Below, one piece after another: positions 1-9,202 of a stretch of DNA of 64,000 nt. Numbering within the stretch: the first letter of the stretch is position 1; each line of letters opens with the position of its first letter. Source of the DNA: an uncultured Eubacteriales bacterium (lineage in GTDB: Bacteria > Bacillota > Clostridia > Christensenellales > CAG-314); the NCBI GenBank assembly GCA_948938605.1, contig CARAIG010000073.1:6432-70431 (forward strand), given 5' to 3'. A model generated the notes under the pieces. It was given only the letters and a program-made list of their open reading frames with translations, made no database searches and was not told the origin of the DNA. The position numbers and the translations under genes were made by a program.

Positions 1-110
1 TGCAATGTTAATATTATTGTACTACAAGCAGAATGAAAAGTAAAACAAAAAAAAGCCCGCTTTGCGTTGAAACCAATAAAGTGAGCTTTTAGTATTTACT
101 AATTGTATAT

Positions 111-147
111 TGTACAAGTTAAGCTGTTAAAGTGCGTTAATTGTACA
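111..147. repeat. H-element hairpin repeat, copy 1 (inverted relative to the other copies)
   Basis: Sequence is tgtacaagttaagc-tgttaaag-tgcgttaattgtaca. Its reverse complement ends in gcttaacttgtaca like the other copies. It lies 8 nt beyond the rubrerythrin stop. Confidence 0.6.
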
Positions 148-154
148 TCGATTA

Positions 155-805
155 TTATGCGCGTGCAGTTGCCGAACGGCTGTTTTTTAACGACAGCAAA
201 GATGAAATATCTGACGTTTCCATACTTTTTAAGTGAAGCAGTATTGCGCCTTGTTTTGCTTTGCACAAGGGGCATTCCGTCCAACCTTCGGTAGAAGTTT
301 CGGCATAACCGCACGACGAACAAACCCAGGTGGTAGGATCGTCGCGTTTGTATAATGTGCCTTCCTTCATTTGTTCGTACAGTTCAAGGAAAATGCTTTC
401 GTGGATTTTTTCGACGGCGGCTGTTTGTTCAAACAATTTTGCTATGTCGTCAAAACCTTCCTTTTTGGCGGTTTTAGCAAAAGCCAAATATATCTTTGCT
501 TCGTTGTGTTCGTCTTCGGCGGCAAACTTTAAATTGTCTAAAATCGTCCACTTTTCCTTAAAGGGAAAGCCTGCCGAATATTCGATATTCTTTATAGGTT
601 TAGCCGAAGCTTTTTGCAAATACGTGTAATACATACGCGCGTGGTTAAATTCCTGATAGGCAATCGTATCGACGATTTCCGCCATTGTTGCATACCCTTC
701 GTTGCGCATACCGTATTCCACAAATTCGTAACGGGTGCGCGCTTGCGTTTCGCCCGAATAAGCTTTGGCTAAGTTTACATAAGTTTGACTGTTGATTAAT
801 TCCAT
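155..805 (-). CDS. rbr: Rubrerythrin (ferritin-like diiron domain plus C-terminal rubredoxin-like CxxC...CxxC)
   Basis: MELINSQTYVNLAKAYSGETQARTRYEF... with ...WVCSSCGYAE..CPLCKAKQ. AGGAG RBS lies upstream of the ATG at 805. The track ORF 155..964 carries a spurious N-terminal extension. Confidence 0.85.
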   Translation of the reverse strand: MELINSQTYVNLAKAYSGETQARTRYEFVEYGMRNEGYATMAEIVDTIAYQEFNHARMYYTYLQKASAKPIKNIEYSAGFPFKEKWTILDNLKFAAEDEHNEAKIYLAFAKTAKKEGFDDIAKLFEQTAAVEKIHESIFLELYEQMKEGTLYKRDDPTTWVCSSCGYAETSTEGWTECPLCKAKQGAILLHLKSMETSDISSLLSLKNSRSATARA

Positions 806-1108
806 TTTTAATACGCTCCTTTTACGTAAATTATTTACGCTAATAATTCGATTTAAACCTAAAATCGAATTTATTTTGCGGTTTACTGCCGTTATGCCTA
901 GTAGCCTATGGTTATCAACGGTAGACCCTCTTCTCAAATATAACCAGTAACACCGAAAAATCATTTTATTTTTTGTGAAAATATTCGGTGCGCTTTGGTT
1001 ATGTTAACCGAACCGTATATATGCGCGCGCCTTTGCCAACCTAAATATATTCCGTTGCAAAACGGCAATGGCGGCACTAAAAAAATAAAAATGCTTTACT
1101 GTACAAAC

Positions 1109-1137
1109 TTGCCAAGTTTGGCTTTTGCGTGTATAAT
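1109..1137 (+). promoter_or_regulatory. Putative dnaA promoter (-35 TTGCCA, 17-bp spacer, -10 TATAAT)
   Basis: TTGCCA at 1109-1114 and TATAAT at 1132-1137. The ATG at 1147 is only 9 nt downstream and has no SD. A 17-bp palindrome at 1104-1120 overlaps the -35. Confidence 0.45.
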
Positions 1138-1146
1138 AAACGTACT

Positions 1147-2511
1147 ATGATTAAACTACAACAAATATGGGACAATATTTTGCTGGAAACGGAATCGAAA
1201 GTTTCGACGTTGCAGTATGACTTGTATATAAACCAATTACAGCCCGTCGGCATACACAACGACAGGCTTTATTTGCTTGCCGAAACGCGAATCGTTAAAG
1301 GGATTGTAGACAAAAACTACAAGGATATAATACGTAAATGCACAAATCTCGTGTTTCCCACCATCATCGATGTGGAAATTGTTACCGAAAACGATTTGGA
1401 TAATATAGGCGATGTTGAAAAGGAAGCGGAATTGCCTGTTAGCAGCAGTTATGTTTCCCTTGTAGACGACAAGGCGGTGTTTGTAGCTCAATACACGTTT
1501 GATAACTTTGTTGTAGGCAAAAGCAACGAATACGCTCACGCCGTAGCATATGCCGTGTCCGAAGCGGAAACGACCAAATACAACCCTGTATTTTTGTGGG
1601 GAGGCGTGGGACTTGGTAAAACTCACTTAATGCACGCTATCGGCAATTCTTTGCAGCGTAATTTTCCCGAAAAGAAAATTAAGTACGTTACTTGCGACCA
1701 GTTTGTAAACGAATTTATCGAATCGTTGCACGACACTACTAACCCCAATGCAATGAAGAACTTCCGCAACAAGTACCGTAAGTTGGACGTATTAATGATG
1801 GACGACGTACAGTTTTTGGCTAAAAAGGAAGGAACGCAAGAAGAAATGTTCCACACGTTTAACGAACTGTATCTTGCCAATAAGCAGATTATTTTGAGCA
1901 GTGACCGTCCGCCGAAAGAAATACAAATAGAAGAACGTTTAAAAACGCGTTTTGCTACCGGCGTAATTGCGGATATTCAACCGCCCGATTTAGAAACGCG
2001 TATAGCGATTTTGCAAAAGAAGTGTAACGCTAAGGGGTACGGCTTAGATATTCGCGTATTAAGTCTTATTGCAGAAAAAATCACGAATAACATACGTGAA
2101 ATGGAAGGTATGTTGAACCGCATTATAAGTTACAGCACTCTTGTAGGCGGTAATCCCAACGAGATGAATATCGTACACGACGCCTTGCGCGATTATGCCG
2201 ACAGTACGTCGGATATAATTACTATCGACCATATAGTCGCCGCAACCTGCGATTACTTCCGCGTTAAACGCGAAGACTTAATCGGTAAAAAGAAAAACAA
2301 GGAAATCGTTGTCCCCCGTCAAATTTGTATTTACCTTATATGCGACATTTTGGGACAGAGTATTCCGCTTGTATCTATCGGCGAATATTTTGGCGGACGC
2401 GATCACACTACCGTTATGCACGCCCGCGACAAAATAAGCGAAGAATGCAAAAATAACGATACTACTGCGGCGCACGTTAAGGATATACGCGACAAAATCT
2501 ACAACCGCTAA
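1147..2511 (+). CDS. dnaA: Chromosomal replication initiator DnaA
   Basis: Walker A GGVGLGKTHL, box VII/sensor region and C-terminal HTH ...GGRDHTTVMHARDKI. The GTG at 1129 in the track lies inside the predicted -10, so the ATG at 1147 is preferred. Confidence 0.95.
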   Translation: MIKLQQIWDNILLETESKVSTLQYDLYINQLQPVGIHNDRLYLLAETRIVKGIVDKNYKDIIRKCTNLVFPTIIDVEIVTENDLDNIGDVEKEAELPVSSSYVSLVDDKAVFVAQYTFDNFVVGKSNEYAHAVAYAVSEAETTKYNPVFLWGGVGLGKTHLMHAIGNSLQRNFPEKKIKYVTCDQFVNEFIESLHDTTNPNAMKNFRNKYRKLDVLMMDDVQFLAKKEGTQEEMFHTFNELYLANKQIILSSDRPPKEIQIEERLKTRFATGVIADIQPPDLETRIAILQKKCNAKGYGLDIRVLSLIAEKITNNIREMEGMLNRIISYSTLVGGNPNEMNIVHDALRDYADSTSDIITIDHIVAATCDYFRVKREDLIGKKKNKEIVVPRQICIYLICDILGQSIPLVSIGEYFGGRDHTTVMHARDKISEECKNNDTTAAHVKDIRDKIYNR

Positions 2512-3060
2512 CCTAAGCCCGTATAAACATCGTAATACTGCGTTAAACTGCGAACGGTGGGCGCAGTCACGTATGTCCGTATACGCTCCTTTGCCACCGT
2601 CTTGTTTACCTTGTCTTGCTCGTTTCTACGGGCTTAGGACAAGATAGACTTTAAAGGGCGTTTACTGCGTTAAACATCATAGCTCGTTTCGGTCCTTTAC
2701 GTCTAGTAAACTCCCTGCGGGCTATTCGTTTGCCTAGCATCTGTGCCCATCTACGGGCTTAGGACAAGACGATTTAGAGTGTAAAATGCGTAATGTTGGC
2801 GACATTAATCAACTAAGTGTTACAAATCAATGGGATACATCTCGGAATTAGGTGGATGTCGGTCGTCTTTGCGAGCGAAGAATCCAGTAGGGTGGGCAGA
2901 CTCTTGCCCGCCGTAATTAATTAAACCCAACCTTAATTACGAATTCCGCATATATCTTTCAACCATCTTTATATTACGTCACCCCTCCGTCCGATTCGTT
3001 TTTATGGATATTGCAAAAAACGTAATCGTGCAATGTAATTAACGTCACTGCGATTATTAT
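2512..3060. repeat. Family-A mosaic intergenic element, copy 1
   Basis: Starts right after the dnaA stop. The roughly 85-nt 5' module (taagcccgtataaac...cacgtatgtc...tacgctcc) is shared with 20209-20293. A 12-bp perfect IR, cctaagcccgta (2512-2523), pairs with tacgggcttagg (2627-2638, repeated at 2751-2762). The gggcagaNNcttgcccgccgtaa block at 2894-2916 is shared with 20733-20755. Confidence 0.65.
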
Positions 3061-3140
3061 GAAAATTATGTTTTGCGATTGGTAAACTGACAAAAAATAA
3101 GTGACAAGTATGATTTTAATTTTATATTTACAATAAATAA

Positions 3141-3179
3141 AAGTACAAGTTAGGCGTTTAAACCGCTTTACTTGTACTT
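3141..3179. repeat. H-element hairpin repeat, copy 2
   Basis: aagtacaagttaggcgtttaaaccgctttacttgtactt, flanked by A/T runs, 91 nt beyond the stop of the 3270..5351 gene. Confidence 0.6.
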
Positions 3180-3269
3180 TTTATTATTTGACAATGTGTA
3201 TTAATAGTTTTTGTTGAATAACCGATTGTATTTTAAACTTTATCTAATATGTTGCAGATTGCGTTATTT

Positions 3270-5351
3270 TTATTGCTTAATGCAGTCTACTATGTCATAA
3301 CCGAGCGATGTTATTTCCTGATAAAGTTTATCCAAGTCCATATAGTCGTAGGCATATATTTGCGCTAATTTTTTAAGCAGTTCGTCGTGTTTGTAATCTA
3401 ACTTGTTAATGTCCGCTTTGTCGTTTACGGCGCGGTACTTGTGTTTAATAAGTTTGTCCAAACCGTAGTAAGTAGTAATGCAAGCGTGAAGTTTTTTTGC
3501 AGTGTCCTTGTGCGCAACATTGCCTTGATCGTCGGCTTTAATATCCTTTGCGCGCATTTGCTTGTAGTCGTTTAAAATATACAGTGCGTTCCAGCGGGAG
3601 TGTTCGATAAACGCTAATACGTTGCTCGATTCCGTATTAAAAAAGAATGAGTAATCGCTGTAACCGTTATCCCGTCCGCTGTTTATGTAGCGTTCGTTAA
3701 ACTGTTTTTCCGTTACGGCAGCACCTTTATTATCCGAGTGTTTAACCATACCGTATCCCATAAGGTGCAGTTTAAATTGGTAATTAAGCGCATGGTACAA
3801 GTTGGACGACTGTTGTATAACGGGCAAGTCAAACCACATTTCGCGCATAAGTTCGCGGTTATCTTGTTGGTTGGTAATATTGTGATAAAGCAAGTTTATT
3901 GTTTGAGCCAGTACAGTCAAGTCGTCATTGACGATGGATTGGTGATCGAATATTTGTTTTTCGTTTCCGAAGTAGCAAACGTTGTCGTCGTATAATTTTA
4001 ATTTTTCCCCGCTGTTATTCCGTGTGCGCACAAATATTTTGTAATTCGTTTCGTTGTCTATTAAGCGTTTAATTGTTTGTGCGTATGCGGCGTCTTCCAA
4101 ATCGTCGGATAGCGAAACTATAAAATAAGTGTAACTGTCGGCGCTTACAAGCGACTTAAATAAGCGTTTTGCTTCGGTAGAGTTGATGTCTAAATTTTGA
4201 TGCGACAAGTTGCAGATTTTGGGCGGTTTTTCGAAATCGCAATTTTCAAAATCTTTGTCAAACTCGTAATCGATACGCGAAAAATATTCGTTATTCAAGG
4301 ACTTTTCGTCGTTGTCGAAAACATAATAATTTACGGGTTTTACTTCGAGTTTTTTGTTCGTATCGTCCATTTGGGCAAATTGGAACTGCGTCGAACACAT
4401 ACGGAACAAAGGATAATTAAACTTACCGAAGCCGACAAATACGATGTTTATTTGCTTGTCGCGTTTAAGGGTAAAGTTTCCGTTATAAAAGCCGCGCGGA
4501 ACATATTTTGTTATGGGGTGTTCGTAAACAAAATTGCGTGCAATCAATTCGTATTTGCTAAAACAGGATATGCGCGCGCCCACCTTTACTTCTTCCTGCG
4601 AAATAAACGTTTCCTTAATAAACTTCATTACGTTGTGTTCCGCTTCGATATGCAAAATTGCGTTTGCGCCTTGTTTTGTTAGTTGCGCAAAGTTATCGAT
4701 TACTTTTGTGTAAACCGAACCGCTGTCCTTAAAGACAATTATATGGTGTTCCTTTTTGGCAAGTTTGTATAAAAATATTTTGGAATTTAATTTAGCGTTA
4801 ATTACGGGTATGTTGTTTTTGAGCAAATCGGCATAACGGTCGCGTGAAGTTTTTTCTTCTAGCAAAATGCAGTTGCTGTTATTTTTAAGGTACTTTAACG
4901 AGTCGTCCGAATAACCCAAAACTATATCGCAACTTTTGCGCAATAAACGGTTTACTTTAAAGTAATTGCGTATACGTTGACTGAAAAAGCTTGCTACCGA
5001 CAAAACCGTCGCAGTTGCCGTAGCAATGTATGCTAAAATTATATCGGCGTAAAATAACGGCATAGCTTTGCATATGGGTGAAAGGAAACTTACGGATATT
5101 TTGAACTTAAACGTATCCAATACGGTGTTTCCCAGTGAAAAGCAGTACAGGAAAGTTAATTCTTCGCCGTTAAAAACCGCCGCTGTCATATACATAAAAT
5201 AAAGCAATATAACCGACGGCGCAAGGAAAAACAAATTCTTTTTGGAAATAAGTTCTCCGGAATTTTTGTTTGACCGCACCATTATGAAAATAATGGCGGA
5301 AATAAGGCCGATTGACAATATAAGGAATACGATACTTAAAGCTAAATACAT
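3270..5351 (-). CDS. Large membrane protein: N-terminal TM helices, two Rossmann/TrkA-N-like segments, C-terminal RyR-like segment. Function unknown.
   Basis: 693-aa ORF with an AGGAG RBS. Hydrophobic N-terminus, IVFVGFGKFN glycine-rich strand-loop, and C-terminal FIEHSRWNALY...KLHACITTYYGLD resembling RyR-domain signatures. Domain calls are by eye only. Confidence 0.7.
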   Translation of the reverse strand: MYLALSIVFLILSIGLISAIIFIMVRSNKNSGELISKKNLFFLAPSVILLYFMYMTAAVFNGEELTFLYCFSLGNTVLDTFKFKISVSFLSPICKAMPLFYADIILAYIATATATVLSVASFFSQRIRNYFKVNRLLRKSCDIVLGYSDDSLKYLKNNSNCILLEEKTSRDRYADLLKNNIPVINAKLNSKIFLYKLAKKEHHIIVFKDSGSVYTKVIDNFAQLTKQGANAILHIEAEHNVMKFIKETFISQEEVKVGARISCFSKYELIARNFVYEHPITKYVPRGFYNGNFTLKRDKQINIVFVGFGKFNYPLFRMCSTQFQFAQMDDTNKKLEVKPVNYYVFDNDEKSLNNEYFSRIDYEFDKDFENCDFEKPPKICNLSHQNLDINSTEAKRLFKSLVSADSYTYFIVSLSDDLEDAAYAQTIKRLIDNETNYKIFVRTRNNSGEKLKLYDDNVCYFGNEKQIFDHQSIVNDDLTVLAQTINLLYHNITNQQDNRELMREMWFDLPVIQQSSNLYHALNYQFKLHLMGYGMVKHSDNKGAAVTEKQFNERYINSGRDNGYSDYSFFFNTESSNVLAFIEHSRWNALYILNDYKQMRAKDIKADDQGNVAHKDTAKKLHACITTYYGLDKLIKHKYRAVNDKADINKLDYKHDELLKKLAQIYAYDYMDLDKLYQEITSLGYDIVDCIKQ

Positions 5352-5717
5352 TGATTGCTCCTTTGTTTATTAATGCAATTCAAAAGCGGGTTCGAGTGAA
5401 TATACTATGACTAGTTTGCACACTGCGTTGCTTGCATAAGTGTAATTATAAAGTTTTGACATACGGTTTGCGCCGCTAATCAATGAAGTTCCTTTGCGGT
5501 AATATATGGCAGCAGCACAGGTATTTAATTGTATTCGATCCTTTGTGCATTTAAACTGCAAACCGTTTAGGACTATACAAAAGTATATCATACTGAAAAA
5601 CAAAATGCAATACGCTCATATAGTTTTTTGCTGCCGACATAATTCGTTGCAGTTTAGCTTTGTAAATACTAGTCGCTTATTGCTAGAAATCAAGAATGAA
5701 AGTATAAAACGATACAA

Positions 5718-5760
5718 AAAAGTACAAGTAACAGCGTTTAAAGGGCTTACTTGTACTTTT
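5718..5760. repeat. H-element hairpin repeat, copy 3
   Basis: aaaagtacaagtaacagcgtttaaagggcttacttgtactttt, 71 nt beyond the stop of the 5831..6727 gene. Confidence 0.6.
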
Positions 5761-5830
5761 AAATTTTGATTATAATTAAGTTATTTTGTCTAATTACAGT
5801 TACTGTAAACCGCGTTTAAAGCACTGTATT

Positions 5831-6727
5831 TTAATCATCGGCATTTAGTACGGTGTCTTTTTCGAAGTGACTTTCGGCTATACGCTTATCGGCAAGTGTA
5901 AAGTATTTTTTGTACGCTTTGGTTAACATTTTGTTGTAGCGTTTTGTATCGGGCGACTTAGGCTTTTTAAACGAATAAGCGCCGTTAACTTTCCAACTGT
6001 TAAACCACCCTATTCTAATTGCGTCGGTAGGACACAAGTGCGCGCAACGCATACACATTATGCAATCGCCGCCGAATTTTATTTTGCCGTCCTTGACGGT
6101 TATATTATGCGTAGGACAAATGTTGACGCATTTTTTGCAGTTTACGCAATTTTCATTTACTTTGTACTGCTTGCCGTTAAGACGTCCGCCCCAGTGCTCG
6201 CACCGCATAACCCAAGCGATAAATCCGCCCATAAAAACTTTTTGCAAGCGGGACTTTACTCCGTCCTTAATTTCCTTAATGTCCAGTTGTGCAAGTAACT
6301 GTGCCGTAGTCCACATACGGTAAGCCATTTCGTCGCCGTGACGGAAAATCATATTATACGGCATACAGTAGTGATATTCGTTGTTTACCGTTATATTGCG
6401 GCGTTTGAGCATTGCCGTCAATTTGAGAGAAGATATATTATTTAGTTTTAACGGTTCGCCTGATGTGTTAATTATAAACGCGGGCTTTTTAGTGTTAAGT
6501 TTTGGCAGTTTTTTACAAAACCGCAACACGATAGACGGCGCGTTGAATGCGTGTACGGGGTAGCCTATTCCTATTAAATCGAAATCGTTAACGTCGTATT
6601 TAAAATCGTCCTCCATTCGGATAAGAGTAACGTCATCGCCGTATTGAGTTGTAAATATGTTGGCGTAGCAGTCCACGATTTTTTGCGTGTTGCCTGTGCC
6701 GGAAAAATAACAAATCAGTATTTTCAT
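5831..6727 (-). CDS. Flavodoxin-like domain fused to a 2x[4Fe-4S] ferredoxin domain (EFR1-family-like)
   Basis: MKILICYFSGTGNTQKI flavodoxin start, plus CVNCKKCVNICP and CIMCMRCAHLCP cluster motifs. Confidence 0.8.
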   Translation of the reverse strand: MKILICYFSGTGNTQKIVDCYANIFTTQYGDDVTLIRMEDDFKYDVNDFDLIGIGYPVHAFNAPSIVLRFCKKLPKLNTKKPAFIINTSGEPLKLNNISSLKLTAMLKRRNITVNNEYHYCMPYNMIFRHGDEMAYRMWTTAQLLAQLDIKEIKDGVKSRLQKVFMGGFIAWVMRCEHWGGRLNGKQYKVNENCVNCKKCVNICPTHNITVKDGKIKFGGDCIMCMRCAHLCPTDAIRIGWFNSWKVNGAYSFKKPKSPDTKRYNKMLTKAYKKYFTLADKRIAESHFEKDTVLNADD

Positions 6728-6783
6728 AAGTGAATTTTGATTAATGCGTAGTCTTGTTTATATGATTGTGACTTTGAAGATAA

Positions 6784-8313
6784 TTACTGTAACTTTTTGT
6801 AATGAGCGTTAAATTCGTCATCGTACCAGTAATAATTGTCTTCGTTTGCGTCGTGACTGTCGTACCATATTTGAGCGTATATTTTGTCTGCCTTTGCCAA
6901 ACGGTCGAAGTCCCAACAGTATTCCTTGTAACTGGGGTTATACCAATGTCCTGCAAGTACGGTTGTACCGCGTGCGGTAAATAGCTCGCCGTCTTGGTTT
7001 TCCCATTGCAGACGGTCGGTTATATTCCCGCTGTTAGACAACAGTTTTCCGCCGTGCAGTTCTGCTATATGTTTTAAAGTTTCAAACTTAACTTCTTTTT
7101 CGGGGTCGTAACCTATGTCGGGCAGTACTGCGTTTTTAGGATTGCGCAACGCTTCGTAATCGACAGAATCGCCATTTTCGTATTTGCCGAATTTAAGTAA
7201 GGGGAAGTTGTCCCACTTTTTACCCAATTTTTCGTATTGGGAAACTCCGCCGAAATATGCAATCATTTTTGCTTCGTCTTTGTGTTTGTACCAGTAAACC
7301 GCGCTGTTGGGGCTTTTGAACAAACTCATTATAGCAAGGCGTTTAATCCAGCTTTTGGGTACGGCTTTGCCTGCTTTCAATATTCCGTGAGTCTTTTTAA
7401 ATTTGTTCCAAAAGTCAACGGTCGTTTGCGTTTGGTAGTGAAACATATCTTCCAGTACGTGACTGTCGTAAAACCACAGTCCGTGGAAGTTGCGCGTTGC
7501 ATTGAAGCGCGGTTCGAAAAAGTTTTTGACCGAGCCGCCGATAATTTCGAAGCCGTCGTCTAAAATGTCGTAACCCGTTACGCAATTAGCAAGCCCGCCG
7601 CCAAGGTTGAACACTTTGCCCCAAAAATTGTCGCCCAAGTCCTGCGCAATATCCTGACGTAAAATGTTTGCAATAAGCAGCCCCGAAGTTTCGGCTGTGG
7701 ACCATTCCAACGGCGCGTTGAAACAAGTGTGGAACATAAGTCCGTCGCTCATATTGTCGCTAAGCATATTGTCGTGCAGCATTGCCGTTTGGCGTATGAC
7801 CGCTTTGTGCCGAATGTCGCTTTCCAATATGCGGAACTCGCCGCGCATTTTTGTCAGCGAATACAAGTCGAACGGGCTAATCAACAACGGATCGCCTACG
7901 CGTCCCCACAAGTGCTTTTCGTTACGGTTGCCGTATAATGCCATTGTGGAAATATGTATCAATTTGGGTTGCGGGTTGGCTTGCTCGATTGCCGTTGCCA
8001 AAACGTCCGCACCCTTTTCGTTGCACTCGATTGCCCTTTCGGGACGTTGGTCGGACAAGGGCGGGATTACTGCTGCCATATTAACAACGTAACTTACGCC
8101 GTCAATCAGCCGTTCGCAAACCGTTTTATCCGCTATGCTGCCAATTACAAATTCAATGCGTTTTAAATCCTTTTTGTGACGGCGCTTAATGTCCTTTATG
8201 CGTTTGTCCTTTGGAAATACAAGTAATTTGTATTGAGTATCGGGAATTTTTAAACATTCGTTAAGCACTTGTGTGCCCATATTTCCCGTTACGCCGGTTA
8301 TTGCAATTTTCAT
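6784..8313 (-). CDS. NAD(P)-dependent epimerase/dehydratase-family (extended SDR) protein with an uncharacterised roughly 200-aa C-terminal domain
   Basis: MKIAITGVTGNMGTQV Rossmann motif. GGAACGGAA RBS favours the ATG at 8313 over the track start at 8334. Confidence 0.75.
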   Translation of the reverse strand: MKIAITGVTGNMGTQVLNECLKIPDTQYKLLVFPKDKRIKDIKRRHKKDLKRIEFVIGSIADKTVCERLIDGVSYVVNMAAVIPPLSDQRPERAIECNEKGADVLATAIEQANPQPKLIHISTMALYGNRNEKHLWGRVGDPLLISPFDLYSLTKMRGEFRILESDIRHKAVIRQTAMLHDNMLSDNMSDGLMFHTCFNAPLEWSTAETSGLLIANILRQDIAQDLGDNFWGKVFNLGGGLANCVTGYDILDDGFEIIGGSVKNFFEPRFNATRNFHGLWFYDSHVLEDMFHYQTQTTVDFWNKFKKTHGILKAGKAVPKSWIKRLAIMSLFKSPNSAVYWYKHKDEAKMIAYFGGVSQYEKLGKKWDNFPLLKFGKYENGDSVDYEALRNPKNAVLPDIGYDPEKEVKFETLKHIAELHGGKLLSNSGNITDRLQWENQDGELFTARGTTVLAGHWYNPSYKEYCWDFDRLAKADKIYAQIWYDSHDANEDNYYWYDDEFNAHYKKLQ

Positions 8314-8497
8314 ATTGTTCCGTTCCTTTAACATATTTTTTATCTTTACAGTAATTTAATTTACGGTGTTAGCATTGATGCGTTTAAACAAAATTGCCTG
8401 TCAAGTTGTTTGAATATAAAACCTTTAAAGTTGTCCATATTTAAAAGCAGGTTGGTAATTTGCGTTTACAATGTTGATAACACCGTAATTTTCCACA

Positions 8498-8560
8498 TTG
8501 GTTAAAATAGCCGTTTATACAGAATTTTAACATTAAAACGACCGTCGGTTCATTAAAAAA
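8498..8560 (+). repeat. B-element, copy 1
   Basis: ttggttaaaatagccgtttatacagaattttaacattaaaacgaccgtcggttcattaaaaaa aligns with copies at 9700, 15013, 26194 and 31996. Confidence 0.65.
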
Positions 8561-8636
8561 TGCAAAATAAGCGATACGTATTGCATATTTTGAATTTTTT
8601 TACGGTTTTTTGATGCGGCGTTTGCAAAGAATTGAT

Positions 8637-8672
8637 GTGTACATCCAAAAGTGTCCAACTTTTGTGGTACAC
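8637..8672. repeat. H-like hairpin variant (GTGTAC...GTACAC arms)
   Basis: gtgtacatccaaaagt-gtcca-acttttgtggtacac. About 13 bp pair, and the outer arms match H-element termini. Confidence 0.4.
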
Positions 8673-8943
8673 CCTAAAATTACTTAAACGGCTATTCACA
8701 GTTCCTAAGTCAATTTCCGTTTAGCCATAGAATATCCGCAGGATACTAATGTGGGATTAAAACCCTGCGCCCGAAAGCGCGCATTTTGCGCACCCCTGCC
8801 GTTTGCCCGTCCGTTTAAACGCATACTCTAAAATTATAAATGATTTTTAAGTTAAAATCAAGGTAAATGTAACACATAAAAAAAAATTAAATATAAACTT
8901 TTTTACAGTAACGTATTTGTAAAAAATAGAGTTATGAAAATTG

Positions 8944-8972
8944 TTGCATATTTGCAAAAAATTTAGTATAAT
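8944..8972 (+). promoter_or_regulatory. Putative sigma-70-type promoter upstream of tRNA-Pro (-35 TTGCAT, 17 bp, -10 TATAAT)
   Basis: TTGCAT at 8944-8949 and TATAAT at 8967-8972. It would give a leader of about 220 nt before the tRNA. Confidence 0.45.
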
Positions 8973-8996
8973 ATTTAAGCATAAAAATAACCAATT

Positions 8997-9020
8997 GTAT
9001 CGAAGTGTAGCGCAGTTGGG
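8997..9020 (+). repeat. Duplicated 5' fragment of tRNA-Pro (direct repeat of 9199-9222)
   Basis: gtatcgaagtgtagcgcagttgg versus gtatcgaggtgtagcgcagttgg at the true tRNA. An inverted D-arm copy, gcgctaccaactgc, lies near 9143-9156. Confidence 0.7.
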
Positions 9021-9202
9021 GATTTGCGTTAGCAAATAAAACCACAGAGCATTAAGATTATTTAGTAGTTGAAAACACACAAACAACACAGTGTGTTGTT
9101 TGTAGCAAATTCCGCAAGAACTATGTTCGTAGCGCGGAAGCGCCTTTGGCGCTACCAACTGCTATAAAACGGAAAAGTTAAATTAAATAGAAATAATCGT
9201 AT

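Noticed and set aside
330-629. Track ORFs lying antisense to or overlapping well-supported genes. Examples: 330..629, 1237..1626, 4197..4682, 7664..8092, 11689..12270, 15656..16063, 19708..20310, 26224..26709, 39889..40668, 41110..41739, 59675..60145, 62653..63198.
   Set aside because: They are shadows of strongly supported genes on the opposite strand or in another frame. They have no RBS, low-complexity or Cys/Arg-rich composition, and no recognisable motifs.
8736-8800. A GC-rich stretch with nested or alternative hairpins (cgcagg...cctgcg; gcgc..gcgc..gcgc), considered as a possible riboswitch or attenuator.
   Set aside because: I do not recognise any known riboswitch core. There is no downstream gene in a suitable position (the next feature is the tRNA promoter), and the short GC stems could be fortuitous. 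It is worth an Rfam scan but is not supportable as a feature.
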